A stretch of DNA of 64,000 bases from positions 992,001 through 1,056,000 of the forward strand of contig CM039000.1 of the NCBI GenBank assembly GCA_017499595.2, read 5' to 3'. This DNA comes from Psilocybe cubensis (lineage: Eukaryota). Under the pieces are notes generated by a model. The model saw only the letters and a program-made list of their open reading frames with translations, searched no databases and was not told where the DNA came from. A program made the translations under genes and the position numbers. Below, one piece after another: positions 25,409-38,103 of this stretch (its first letter is position 1; every line of letters begins with the position of its first letter).

Positions 25409-27881
25409 TTGCTTCTGAACTTTGCCAACTCATTTAGTCCTGAAGCCGCCAAATTACTTTCCACCCCAAGCATCGATACAAGAGTCGCGACAGCCATGAA
25501 AGGAAATGAAAACTATGCAAGCCAGGATATCAAGAGGTTCAAAATAGATGAATATTTGTTGTACCTCAACAATGGCGTAGAAAACATTCAAAAGCTCGAA
25601 AGCTTGAAGAAAAGGCCACTAGAAGAGCTTCAATCCAAAACAACGTTCATAGAAAATGCTAACGAGATCTCAAAGCATATACAAGAGACACAAAGATACC
25701 CAGGTAAGCTGAGAAGCCCCGGTAATACGTTAATCTTTGCTAATAACCTCCTCCAGCTCTCCTGGAATTCCGAAAGGTTGCCAATCGGAGACAATCGGGT
25801 TACTTCCGCAAGACTGCAAGCAAGCCTGGTGTGATTGCAGCGTTTACAAGTGAAAACTCAAGTGAGCCAATTGGCTGGCAATGCCCCGACAGAGTCTTCG
25901 GGTGGCCTTTCATACAGCTCATCGGAGATATCGCATCTGAAAGTTGTGATATCGAAGTAATAAAAAATCAGATTGCCCAAGACCTTCATTACATGGTCCT
26001 CGCTCGACCCGATCTTTATGTTTCTCATGCTCTACTTATTGAAGACTCGAGAATAACGTTTTTATGTGCTGTCACTGGCGAAGGCATATTCGATGTTCAA
26101 CTTGATTACACAGATCCGAACTTCCAACCGCTACTGTTTGCCTTGATCAGTCATATCTACGATTATGGTAGATTTAAAGACGAGCGTTACACCATCACTT
26201 ACAATGCAGAGAGTCGGCAGAGTGAATATACACTTAAATTCGAAACAGCGCCTGGGCTGACGCAATGGGAGACATTCCACCTCATCTATTCAAGCAGTCC
26301 GTTTGGAACGACCACCTACGTTTTCGCTGCACCCGACGAAAGTAACCCAATTATGGTCAATGGCCAGCGTTTGCGGGTGGTTAAAGACCAGTATTGCTAT
26401 CGAATGGCCCGTTTCTCTGAGCCAGATATTCTCAAGCATGTTCGCGGTACACCAGGCGTGGTAACGCTCGCGTACGATGAGGAGTGGGAACCACTTGTGC
26501 CAACCGCCACCCGCCGCGTCAAGCGCCGTTTGGGATTCGTTGAACAGGGAGACCCATTCATGAATATCCGGACGGTCAGAGAAATGCTAGAGATTGCATA
26601 TGACTTACTAGAAGGTCAGTGTGCCGTTTTTACACCCCGAAATCAAGTTAGTAACTGTGATTTACAGTGACCCGGTACCTTAGGTTTAAGCGCCACGTCC
26701 TTCATTGTGACCTTAGCAACGCCAATATTGTTGTTGATAGAGCACCCACAACTCCTGCGACGAATGAGTATGTCAACATCCAGTATAACGATATCAATGA
26801 GCACGACATTGTATTTATCAAGCATCTTTTGGGTGAAAGGTTCGGGTCGCAGGAAAATTTTGGGAATCATTCTAATCGTATCAATGACAGCAACAGCCCC
26901 CTTCAAACCCATGTTCTTCTCATCGACTTCAATCTGGCCGAGCGCCTGGATAGCACCGCAAGGCAATCTGAAATAAAGAAAAAGGTATGTTTCCCTTCAT
27001 GATATTACCCGCTCTTCTATGTACCCATGCTTGACAGGGAACACATCCTTTTATGGCAAGAGCAGTTGAAAATGAAGAGCCATACCCAGACCTTTCAACA
27101 CGAATGTTTACCCCTTTCACTGCATTACCACAAGCACCCTCAATGTACAAGAAACTTCACCCGGAGCGCACAACACGATTTGATTCAGAAAAACTTGGTC
27201 TCTATATTCTCAAGGAGGCCCCAGGCGACTTGAGGAGCGATCGGGTTTGGAGACACGAACTTTATCACGAAGCAGAATCCATTTTTTGGATCATCGTATA
27301 CTGGCTTCTCCGCGCCAATCCCGAACCCGGAACCGAGCTGTCGAAGGAAACAATCCCTCTTCCCATCTGGGTATCTCTCTTAGAAAGCGCTTATTCTCGC
27401 AACATCGTGATATTCTCTTTTCAGCAGAGCGCGAAATACTGCGCTCGTAACATCCACTCAAAATTATTGCCTGTTTTGGAACTGGTTAAAACTTTAGCAT
27501 GGGCTGTCTATCCTGGACCGTATTTTCTACCAGACGATAACCCTAGGACACAACCTGACTACTTACATGAGGTTTTCCAGCGGGCTATACTCGACTTCAT
27601 TTTAACGAACAAAAACGAGGAGTTTATGAACCTTGAGATTAATGTACTTAATCCCCGACACCATGATGATTATAAGCCGGAAGAACTGTCGAGCACTAGC
27701 CACCTTACGCCTAGTGAACCGTATAGATCACTTTCGAGTGCTGAAGATGAGCAAAGTGCTCCTGTCAATGATGTGCGCGTCTTTATTTTTGGATACCTGG
27801 ACTCAATTTACTCAACAAAATGTTTAGGCGTTACAAAAGTTTCGCTATGAAGGCGACGGCTCAGACCTTGAGGTTGCATGA
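25409..27881 (+). CDS. FunK1 (Pkinase_fungal)-type kinase; start uncertain (first in-frame ATG at 25496)
   Basis: LARPD, FGTTTYVF, VVKDQY, VLHCDLSNANI, LIDFNLA, TGTHPFMARA, RHELYHEAESIFW; 5 exons by eye. Confidence 0.75.
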
Positions 27882-27945
27882 AACAGGGTATAAATACGAT
27901 GTCATTAAAGATGTAAATATCTTAGGAATCTTTCAAATCTTGTTT

Positions 27946-29822
27946 TTAATCTAGGCGACGAGGCAAACGCGAAGCCAACACAATACCCCCCACTGTTAAG
28001 AGCATGAGAGCAATGTAGGCAGCATAGCCCCATAGTATACGGTGCTCAATGGAGAGAGAAAGCAGACTGCTTGCCATTACAGGTGCAAAGATCCTTCCGA
28101 TCGACACGAGGGTTTGTCCTAGGCCGTTGGTCGCACCCAATGATCTTTTGTTCGGTGCTGCGGCGGTTATAAACATGTATACACATCCTAGTAGAATGAA
28201 GTAGTGTTTCAGCAATGCTCTATCAATGGGCGTCTATCAGGGTGAGGAGCCATGTAAGAGCACTGTCCTACTTTACACCTGCACCTGAAGAAACGGAACA
28301 AAAAAATAGACGCACCATATCCTAGCTCCATAACGAGCGCACAGGAAAGCTGACATCCGAGCATAAACCATACCACGTATGAGAATCCATTTATCGAAAC
28401 AAAAAGATTCATCATTGGTGAGAATGTAAAGATCGGTATGAAGGCTGCGATTGCAGTCACAAAGACAGATTTAACGCCGAAGCGGCGTACTAGGCGCCCA
28501 AGCATGACCGTCTGGAAAATGCTATTCGTGATTCCGTACGTGCCAAGGATGATGCCTACTTCTCGGGGAGGTAGCGCGAGCCCGCCTAGCGAGACAGGCA
28601 TAGCAAGAAAGAGCGGTTGGATACAATTATACGAGGCGTGAAGAGCTGCGATGGAGACGTAGTTGAGGAGTGGAAGAAGTGTTTTCCATTTGAGGAGTAG
28701 TTTTAACGGAACGGGTTCTGGTGTTGAAGTTTTGTTGATTGAATGATCGGAAGATCGAAGAAGGGGCTCTTCTTCGCTGTCTAAAACGACATGCTTGAAC
28801 ATGAATCCCGTTGGAACGGTCTACAGTACAAGGTCAGTGCAAGACAGATCAGGAGATGGACCACAAACCTCATTTAAAAATAAAAAGACAACGCAGCATG
28901 CGAACATAGCCAAGGAAGCCATTAATCCACAAGGAAGAATGTAAGGGTATTTCACCCAGAATTGGCTAGAAAAAATGTCAGGGAAATGGTCGTGAGGGCG
29001 AGCAAGCAAGCCCCCCGAAAAGGCGCTGAGTCAAAAACTCAAAAAATGATCATAATCAAGATTCGAAAAAAGACACATACCCAAATGAGCTTCCTACAGC
29101 CCATGGAACGTGAAGTAAGGCAAAAGCGTCTGCGCTGTTGCTGTGGTCGGTTATTTCACCGACCATACTTTTGATGACACCTAGCGCCGAGTTCGACATG
29201 TTCATTGAGATGAAAACACTTTCAGTTTGCTTACCTGCATTGCTGTTCAGTGCAGTAAATATGCATCGGCTTAAAGGTGCATTTTTAGTTGTCATATCCT
29301 CGGATTACTCATGGAATGAATCATTACCTTACTACCAGTCCCCAGAAGGTTTTTGAGAAACCAAATGAGGTTGTGGCCACTGCCAATGCCAGGGTGCCAA
29401 GTAGGAGGATAGGTTTTCTTCCGATCTGGTCTGATAATTTGCTCCAATACATTACACTGACCAGAGAGAGAAGCTGTCGTATAGACTCCTACCAGAAACC
29501 GCAAGCAAACGTACGTTGAATATTATGATGCAGGGGTAATGTAGAGTAAAATTGGCTTACCATGACTCCTGCATAATAGCCCACTCGTGATCCATCACCA
29601 CCAGTAACAGAAGACAAGAGCTGACGACGTCATGGCGCATTTAGTCGAAGGTGAAGATCCAGACGACATCGCCCGCACCTCGTTCAAAAATGGAAATATC
29701 ACAAAGGTCGAAGCTGATTCTGTGAATCGTAGCAGTAGAAGAAGAGAAAGCTGGGCCACAGGAAGAGGAGTCCGGCGTGTTTTGAAATCAGTTCCTCGTG
29801 CTGCTGCAAGGGAACCAGGCAT
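27946..29822 (-). CDS. Major facilitator superfamily transporter (DHA1-like)
   Basis: TPLP..QL, IFPFLNE, GYYAG, WSKLSDQIGRKP (motif A), GLLARP, LGATNGLGQT; many TM segments. Confidence 0.85.
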
Positions 29823-30369
29823 GATTGTAACCTGTATCTCTTCCTCGAGCAGCCAGGAGTTGACTGGAGCTTATATAGCGACGCAAGAATATAGAATGAG
29901 TCTAGACACAGCGTAATTATATCCCAGCATATGCTGATATAGCTCATGGATGGACCAGAACACCTTCCGATAAGTCGCCAGCAAGGCCAAAATAACGTGT
30001 GCGGTCCGATGCTTTAGGTATCGATAAGCAGAAGAGAAACTTGGAGGCTCCTGTATGTCCACCTACACGTCTAACCTCGCGTACCGAGTCGAATGGCTAA
30101 AGAGACGCAAGCCTCTATCGAAGATGAGCTAGAAGTGCCTCTTCCGACTGACTCTTGAGGCGTTCGCCGATAGGAGAGAAGATGCCAAATTTAGTCCGAT
30201 AGGATGAATGGTGGCAGTGCCACTGCAAATCTTATCAGATAAGATTGATGACATCAATTAATGCTCTTCGAGTCAGTTCTTACTCTTTCCATCCCCATCA
30301 ATTCATATCGCGATTAACCAAACCCTCATCCACTTACATCTTTATAAATCTCAAAAGCAAAATACCAAT

Positions 30370-31510
30370 ATGCCACCAAAGGGTGGTAATGCAAAGAAAG
30401 AGAGCGGAAGGGCCAAAAAGGCAGAAAATGAAGCAAAGAAGCAGGAGGCAGCTGCAGCCGAGAAGGTAAACGTCGATCTGTATGATTTATAAACTTGAAC
30501 TCATACTTACCGCTCTTCCATCTCATATCAAATTCACACATCATAGGAGCGCAAAGAAGCCGAGAAGTGGGTTGACAAGGATGTAAAGGGAGGAAAGGCG
30601 AAACAAGAAGAGAAGGAAGAGAAGCGCAAGGCTGAGTTGGCACGCAAAGCCGAGAACGCGCGTCTCCTAGCAGAAGAAGAAAAGGCGGCCGCCTCATCCA
30701 AACCAAAGGCTGCATCAGGACCAAAGAAGAAGGCAGCTGCGACACCCAAGCCTGCTGGCCCTGGAGCTATCGCTGCTGGTGGGGGACTGGGAGGACCGTC
30801 TAATCCCAAGGCGAAGGAGCCGACGCCGGAGGTGGAGAGTTACGCTGCGACTGGCATTGATAATGCCCTGGATCTGCTCGAGGTTGTCACTGCGAAGATG
30901 GACAAAGCAAGCGTTGGGCAGCAGGCCGCTGGGATCGAGAGACATCCTGAGGTACGATCGTGTTTTTCTTGATTGATACCGTGTTTAATCACTTGATTTC
31001 TTTTTGTACAGCGTCGGTTTAAAGTATGTCAAGTTTTTCTGAAGATTTATGAATATCAAAATAATATGCACACCCTCAGGCCGCCTTCGAAGCATACCAA
31101 GAACGAGAAATGCCCAGAGTCAAAGAAGAGGTAACCTACTTCCCCTTGCTCACTCCGTCTATGACGCAATGCCTAAACACTCTTTTTCTTCCTTAGAACC
31201 CTGGCCTGCGGCTGCAACAATACAAGGTTCTTATCTATCTCATTTCAACTTGTCCCAAATATCCTAATGTCAACCTAAAATCTACAGGATCTATTGTACA
31301 AACAATTCCAGAAATCACCCGACAATCCGTAAGTACACCACCATCATGCATCTCATTTTACCATGCTCTGCATTTGTTGTTGTTTTAATACGCGTCTTTT
31401 CCAGATTCAATCAAGTCACAATCGAGTACAACGCGACAAAGGACGACAAAGTCGAGGCGCTCAAGGCAAAACAGGCGCAAATCGAACAGCGTCTGCGCGA
31501 ACACAAGTAG
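30370..31510 (+). CDS. CCDC124/Lso2/Oxs1-like (DUF1014) protein
   Basis: MPPKGGNAKKESGRAKKAENE..., ATGIDNALD, ERHPE|RRFK|AAFEAY, PGLRLQQYK, FQKSPDNPFNQ; several very small exons. Confidence 0.85.
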
Positions 31511-32351
31511 GATCGATATTACGTGCATCATTGCATTCAAAATTACGACCTTATCTGTTGCCGTAAACTTCGAGTATCTATCATTCCATGAGTACACTCA
31601 TCTAGATTCAAAAAATGGTTTCATTTCATCTGCCATGTTTGTTCATCAATCTCTAGTTCATATAAGTATGGGGTTACTATAAAACCTCAGTTCAGTGTAC
31701 TCTTTATCGACGATCATCATCATCAGACAGCAACCTCGCCATCCGAGATCACCTTTTCCGAGTTACAGTCCACTTGTAGGTAGGTTAGTAGCGGAATGTC
31801 CATCTCAGTAAACCGGTTTCTGAAAACTTGATGCTATCAAAACGCCACCTTCACTCGTCCTCGTACGCGTGAGGATGACGTTTGACGCTGATAGGCCCGG
31901 CCAGTGCTATCGACGATCACAGAATGTCAATGTCAATGCTCACGAGCAAGGGATGAGCGCTGATCCTGCTCTTTCTTAATCCATCATATCACCAGGGATC
32001 ATTGAAATCAACAGACTGACGTTGAACGAAATTGAGACGTTCAACGGAATCCATAAATTATGGTAACAACCGCGACGCGAATAGATATAGTTACAAGTGT
32101 AAGGAAGTGGTACTATTTATACAACTAAAACAAGATATACAGAAAAAAATAAACCAAGAACGAAGAGAGAACCGACAACATGCAAAAAATTTAGAGGAGT
32201 AGATATAGTGGTAGCAATAAGTAACCCAGGAGCGTCTAGCACTGTGCCGCAGGATTTCAGAGAGTATCATACAAAGTATTCCTGTAGAAAGAATGGGAAT
32301 AGGTCAGCTTCCGTGGTCGTTGTTAATTTAAGACGAGTCGGGCAGCATCGA

Positions 32352-32431
32352 TAAGATCAGTATTTAAAAGGCAATATTCGTTTTGTCTCCACAAGAGTCA
32401 GAACAGGTCTGAATGTGTATCATCCCGCAAG
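32352..32431 (-). ncRNA. Box C/D snoRNA, snR56/U25(SNORD25)-like, copy 2 (intron 32477-32282)
   Basis: Minus strand: C-like GGGATGA (32426-32420), guide CAGACCTGTT followed by D' CTGA, ATATTGCC element, D box CTGA (32360-32357). The guide is complementary to conserved 18S AACAGGUCUG. Confidence 0.8.
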
Positions 32432-32592
32432 CGATGGGCCGTGTGTAAAGGGGGGGTAGAAAGGAGCAAGAACTCACGGGTATGTTTAGGTAATCAATAC
32501 AGTAGGTGTTGTAGAGCAAGAACCTAAGGGGAGAAGTAGGATATTAGTATGAGTCGAATAGGGGATAATTGTGGAAGGACGTGTAAAAACAA

Positions 32593-32670
32593 AGGATCAG
32601 AATTAAAAGGCAATATCGGTTTGTCCTCAAAAAAATTCGGAACAGGTCTGATAATGTTTCATCATACGAT
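32593..32670 (-). ncRNA. Box C/D snoRNA, snR56/U25(SNORD25)-like, copy 1 (intron 32743-32524)
   Basis: Minus strand: C box ATGATGA (32665-32659), guide CAGACCTGTT followed by D' CCGA, C' TGAGGA, ATATTGCC, D box CTGA (32600-32597). Confidence 0.88.
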
Positions 32671-32764
32671 GGCGAGAGGACAGGAGGAAGAAGGTAAAGA
32701 TAGAAAGAGCACAATGATGATCGTCAGGGCGCAAATGACTCACAATAGAGCAAGAAGGAGGGCA

Positions 32765-33547
32765 CTAGTTGGAGGAGATAGGTGGAGGCATGGCGGTGGC
32801 GAAGGACCTCCATTTCTCTCTTGCCGGCGCAGTCTCGCCGTACACCCACTGGTCTTCCGAAATTTCGACTGTAAGATGCGCGTCGCAGTCCTCGACGTAC
32901 ACCCCTACACCGGACCCGTCCATGGGGTCCAGCAACTGCTCGAAGGCTGGTTGCTCTTCGAACGTCTGCAGCCTGCGGAGAGCCTGAATAAGGTCGTCGG
33001 CCAGGGGCGTGGCGTTCGGAGGGTCCTCTTTGATCTGTTCCCACCCCACAGGGGGTGAGCCAGGAGGCGAGATGAGGAAGTTCTTCTCGATCGCAGGAGG
33101 CTTCAAGTAGCTCGTGGTGGGGATCCAGGAGCGTTCGCCTCGTGGAATTAGGGGGTTAGGATCCGCACGGTACACGCGCAGCACAATCTGAGAGCTGAAA
33201 AAGATACACCCAAGTCAGCATGAGAGGATTCGGGATAGTTGAGCATAAAAGCGATCTGGAGAGAAGTCTCACCTGTCGAAGCCGCCATCGATGATGATGG
33301 GGTCGCTTTTGGCTTTTGCCAACTCCGCGTGGTGATCGTACTCATAAACGATGATAACGCGTCCAAAACCCGGGAGGGGTACCCACTGGTTGATATCACC
33401 AAAGGACGCAAAATGGTCGCGCAGCATGTTCAAAATCAACGGGTCAAAAAAGGACTTTGGCAGCGAGGTCACCGCCAGGGTGTTTGTGGGCTCAAGAACG
33501 GGAGGAGAAGAGGGCTCTGCGGGAGCTGTGAGGAACATTCTGGCCAT
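32765..33547 (-). CDS. RCN1: Calcipressin (RCAN/Rcn1 family calcineurin regulator), 2 coding exons
   Basis: RRM-like N-terminus, KNFLISPPGSPPVGWEQIKED signature, C-terminal TAMPP. Confidence 0.9.
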
Positions 33548-35504
33548 GGTTGCGGAGGTGAATTGGGGAAAGGGAGAAGAGGGCGGGTGGAGGAGAAGAT
33601 TGCGTTGGGCCGTCTCTTAAAGGTAATTTTTAAGGCTTTTCCCGAATTACATAATCTAGGTATCAATATATAGCTGTGCAGTTTATAATCGATGGTCCCC
33701 ACCCTCAATATTTCAATTGCTGTGAGCCTGTGGCACAGCACCAGTGACGGTGTTCTATCTTAATTTTTTCGCAGTCCAGCCAAGGTCAACTTTCCGATAT
33801 CGCAGCATTCAACAAAGGACCTGTGCTGAATTCAGAGTTTTCTCGTCCAAAAGGACTGCCCACTGTGTACACCGGCATGTCAGGAAAAGTTGCCGGACAG
33901 ACATTTCTTAGACATCTCGTCTGCGGCACACAGAATGCAATACACGAGGTAGTTGCATATATAGCATTGCCACTGGACTACTTAAATCGATTGACAAGGT
34001 ACGTTGAAAGATATTATTGCCATCTATTACCTCTGAACTTCGGCAAAACTGTGACATAGATTTTGTATACATACAATTGTGGGTAATCAAAGACATTCAA
34101 TTTTAAGGCGAGCCGTTGCGCCAAATATGGTGATCATGGCAAACATCTAAAGTACCTAAAAAGTGCTTTATATTGTGAAGAAATTGACCTTGTTCATCAA
34201 TTTTCACGAGCAGGATCTTCACCCAAAAATTTGGCGGTGGTCATAAAAAATTGCTAAAATCTCGGAAACTCATTACCTGCCTTGGCTTCGAGTTTTTAGA
34301 TAGCTTTCAATACTCTTTTTGTGTCCTAAAATTTAAAAGAACTATCAACATAATCAGAACGCATGATAACTGACCGTACTAATCTTGTTGTGCGACTCTG
34401 TGGATAGAGATATACTTGGATTAGCTTGGATTTCTGCCAATTAACTGAATTTAAAAGCCAGAATTCCCATGTCGTGTTAACCAAACCAAATTACACATTT
34501 TTACTATAGGTGTACCAGCCATATCCATGTAATCTGCTTAGGAATTTGTGCACTGACTCACAAAGACATTGACGTATTTTTAGCAGAACACGTTGTCAAC
34601 ACGTTATTATGCTCGGATTTGACATAGCAATACGCAGGTTTCTAGCGTGGAGTAAGGACGCACAGCTTAGCTCAACTTGATATCGAAATATCTGTATTCT
34701 CGGTAATGATGACTGACTGTAACTGCCTTCCATATAACGGGCCGCAATTTCAGCGATAAAGGCTGGATATTATGCTTCCTCAGAAGCAGTTCTGTATACA
34801 ACGAGGAACTTTCTGCACACATCTTACCCCGGAAAATCAAATGTACGGATTGTAAGTGGGAATATGTGATACGTCGATGCCCTTACATGTAGATATGGGT
34901 CGCCTATGACAAGCAAATAAGCTGATAGGGGTAGTTAAATTTAAGCAGTTGTTCGACTAGACTAGTCATACTGTGAGAGAATTCAAGAAGTGCTGGCAAG
35001 AAACAATATCCACCAATAACTCCTCATTTTGCCCCCCTGCGAATAAATGGCTTGATCATAATAAAGCAGAGTCTAGCATAACACAATCTCAGTATTATAT
35101 TATGGCATCTAAGTACATTTTTCTACAAGAAGAGCACGTACAAATGATTATCCGACAATTGGTGGAAAGAAAGCAGGTGCAAGGCTGAATCATGATTGCA
35201 TCATCCATCACATCAGATTTGCCTGGTTCTAGTACGACACAGTTCCGCAGAAAATGTAAAAATACAGGTTAGTATGATATGATTTATCCCATAGTGACAT
35301 AGTCAGAGTAAATACAGAGTTTCGTCTCAATAATGTCAACTTCGTTATTGCGGATCGGACAAAAAAGTCAGTTGGTCACGTGTGTGGTTCGTTTTGATGA
35401 CATCACTATTAATGTCCGTGCGCAACGCGGACCATGTGCACGGCGCACAGAGCACACCGCAGCAGGCAGTGGCAGCACAACGCCTTCCTTATCCTATCTC
35501 TGCG

Positions 35505-38103
35505 ATGAGGTCCTTATTCCTGATATCTTTGGTGGCCACCTCTCTCAATATAGCTGCAGGGGCACCTCCTAGTGGACTCTACAATGAAGCTTTGTCGTTC
35601 CAGAAACCTTTCCTCGATATATCAGGGGACGAATTTCTTGATGTTGCCTCGGAGTGGCTGGACGACGCCAAGAAGGCGATTCTGAAAGGGAAGAAAAACC
35701 TTGACAAGTGGTTCCATGATGGACGAGAATTCATAAAGCAAGATAACTTGCTCTGTAAGTCCGTGTTATATTCCTCATAATGCGACACATTCTGATTTTG
35801 TTGTTCTTAGACGAATATATTACGCATCCTGAATTCCAGAAATATGATTTGAGGGTGACGGAACCCAAGCTTTGTGACCCAACCGTCAAACAATTGTCAG
35901 GGTATCTCGACATTGCTGAAGACAAGCATTTATTCTTCTGGTTGGCATCTTTGTCCATGTTCAGATAACGACTCACCAGGCTTTCAAGGTTCTTCGAGTC
36001 TCGCAATGCTCCCGCCGATGCACCCTTAATCCTTTGGTTGAACGGTGGCCCTGGTTGCAGTTCCTCTACAGGGCTTCTTTTTGAACTCGGACCGTGTGCT
36101 GTTGCCAATGAAGGCCGCAACGTTACTTCAAACCCCTATAGCTGGAATACTAATGCAAACATAATATTCCTCGACCAACCGGTGAACGTCGGGTACTCTT
36201 ATGCTGATGACGGAACTTCTGTCAACAACTCTCCGGTTGCAGGGAAAGATGTCTACGCTTTCCTTGAACTCTTCCTGAATAGATACCCGCAATACTCTAA
36301 AGCACCATTCCATATTGCAGCGGAGAGTTACGGCGGCACTTATGCTCCCAACATCGCGAATGTCATCTTCAAAGCCAACCAAGAACTTGCGGTTTCGCCC
36401 AAGGCACACGTCAAACATATTAACCTTGCCTCAGTGATCCTCGCCAATGGCCTCACCGATCCGTATATTCAGCACGGCTCGATTGCTGACTGGGCATGCG
36501 AAGGGCCATATGCTGTCTACAATGATCCACAAGGTCCGGAATGCGAGGCTTTACGCACCAAGATACCCACATGCCAGAGACTCGTCAAGAGTTGTTATAA
36601 TTTCAATTCCAGGTTCACTTGTGTCCCGGCGATGGCATATTGCAACTCCCAACTTTTCGGCCCTCTCATGCGTAAGTTTTGCGCTTTTTTGGTTCTACTT
36701 TTAAATCTTACGTACGTACCTAAAGAACTTGGGCTAAACCCATATGACGTTCGTCGTAAATGCGACCGTAACTCGGACGGGCCTCTTTGCTACAAACAAA
36801 TGGAATGGATCGATACTTGGATGAATGAGCCCTCCAATAAAGCTGCCATTGGAGTTAATCCTTCAAGAAATTTCGAATCGTGTAACATGGCTGTGAACCA
36901 GGCATTCGCTCTGGCGGGCGATGGCGCTCACAATAGCGCCATCCTACTTCCAGAGTTGATTAACTCCGGCATAAGATTACTGGTCTATGCAGGCAATGCC
37001 GGTGAGTGCAACCTTCAAAGCCTCTATCATTCTCTATTTTCTTTGTCCTGCTATCTGGGAAGCGTCAATGTTGTGGTCAACCTTGTTGTGTGCTTGAATT
37101 CTATGTTGTTTCCTTGTTCTCGCTGTCGACGACCTTGTTGTTAAAAGCGATGCCGCCGCCGTTACACGTTGCACGCTCAACTGTGGGTAGCTCGGATCAT
37201 ACTACCATCCAGTACTCCGTTGTCCGGTTGTCATTCCCATTATCATGCATGATACACGGTGCCTCATTTGGTTCCGCTATCGGCCTTGGTCTCTGTTACC
37301 GGGATTATGTTCTCGTTTGGCCGGTCACCGTCGTCGTTACACGTTCCTCGTTGCACGATAGGCATGCAACGTTTTACAGCGACAACAAGGGCTTCTTTGT
37401 GCGAACGCTTTCTTCTTGTTTTTTTGTTTTTTTTTTTTTGTTTCGACGAAAGGGATTACACGACCGTACTGAATGTCGCTCTTGTTTCTTCCAGATATGA
37501 TGTGCAACTTCATTGTATGTCTCCCAACTAATCCATGGCGATGTTCTGTAATGATTTTTTTTGTTTTCCAAATTTAGGGAAACGAACGATGGGTCGAAAA
37601 GCTTGAGACTCAATTCACTTCCGAATTCACGCAGGCGCAGCCAGTTCCTTGGATCACTATTGAAACTGGCCGCAGTGCCGGCACAGTTCGAAGCGCCGGT
37701 GGAGGTGGTTTCGGAGCTGGAAACGTTACTTTTGTTACTGTTCATGAAGCAGGGTAAGGATTTCATTACAAACTTTCTGTTACTTTCGACTAGCAAAGCT
37801 AACCCAGTCTACTCACTCACAGTCATATGGTGCCATACGATCAGCCGGAAGCAGCATTGGTATGTCATCTCCTCTTGTTCCGGTCTGCACTCCGAGTGTT
37901 GGCCTTGGCATGTCCGCCGCCGCCATCCCGTACTTGCGAACTGCGGCCTGCAAGGCCCGCGGGCATCGTAGAACGTGCTAAAGCGTCGGACTTCTATGCG
38001 GAAAGTTTGAAATAAAGTTCTGACTCCGCTTCCCCGGTGTTTTCTTTTGCAGGACCTTATTACGCGATGGACCCAGGACATTTCTCTGTCGGTTACTAAT
38101 TAA
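35505..38103 (+). CDS. Serine carboxypeptidase S10 (carboxypeptidase Y-like)
   Basis: Signal peptide/propeptide, [27 protein letters not shown]; catalytic triad AESYGG, NA-D-MMC, AG-H-MVP. Confidence 0.93.

Noticed and set aside
33740-35300. AT-rich intergenic stretch with transposon-like texture
   Set aside because: No TIR, TSD or transposase similarity found by eye.
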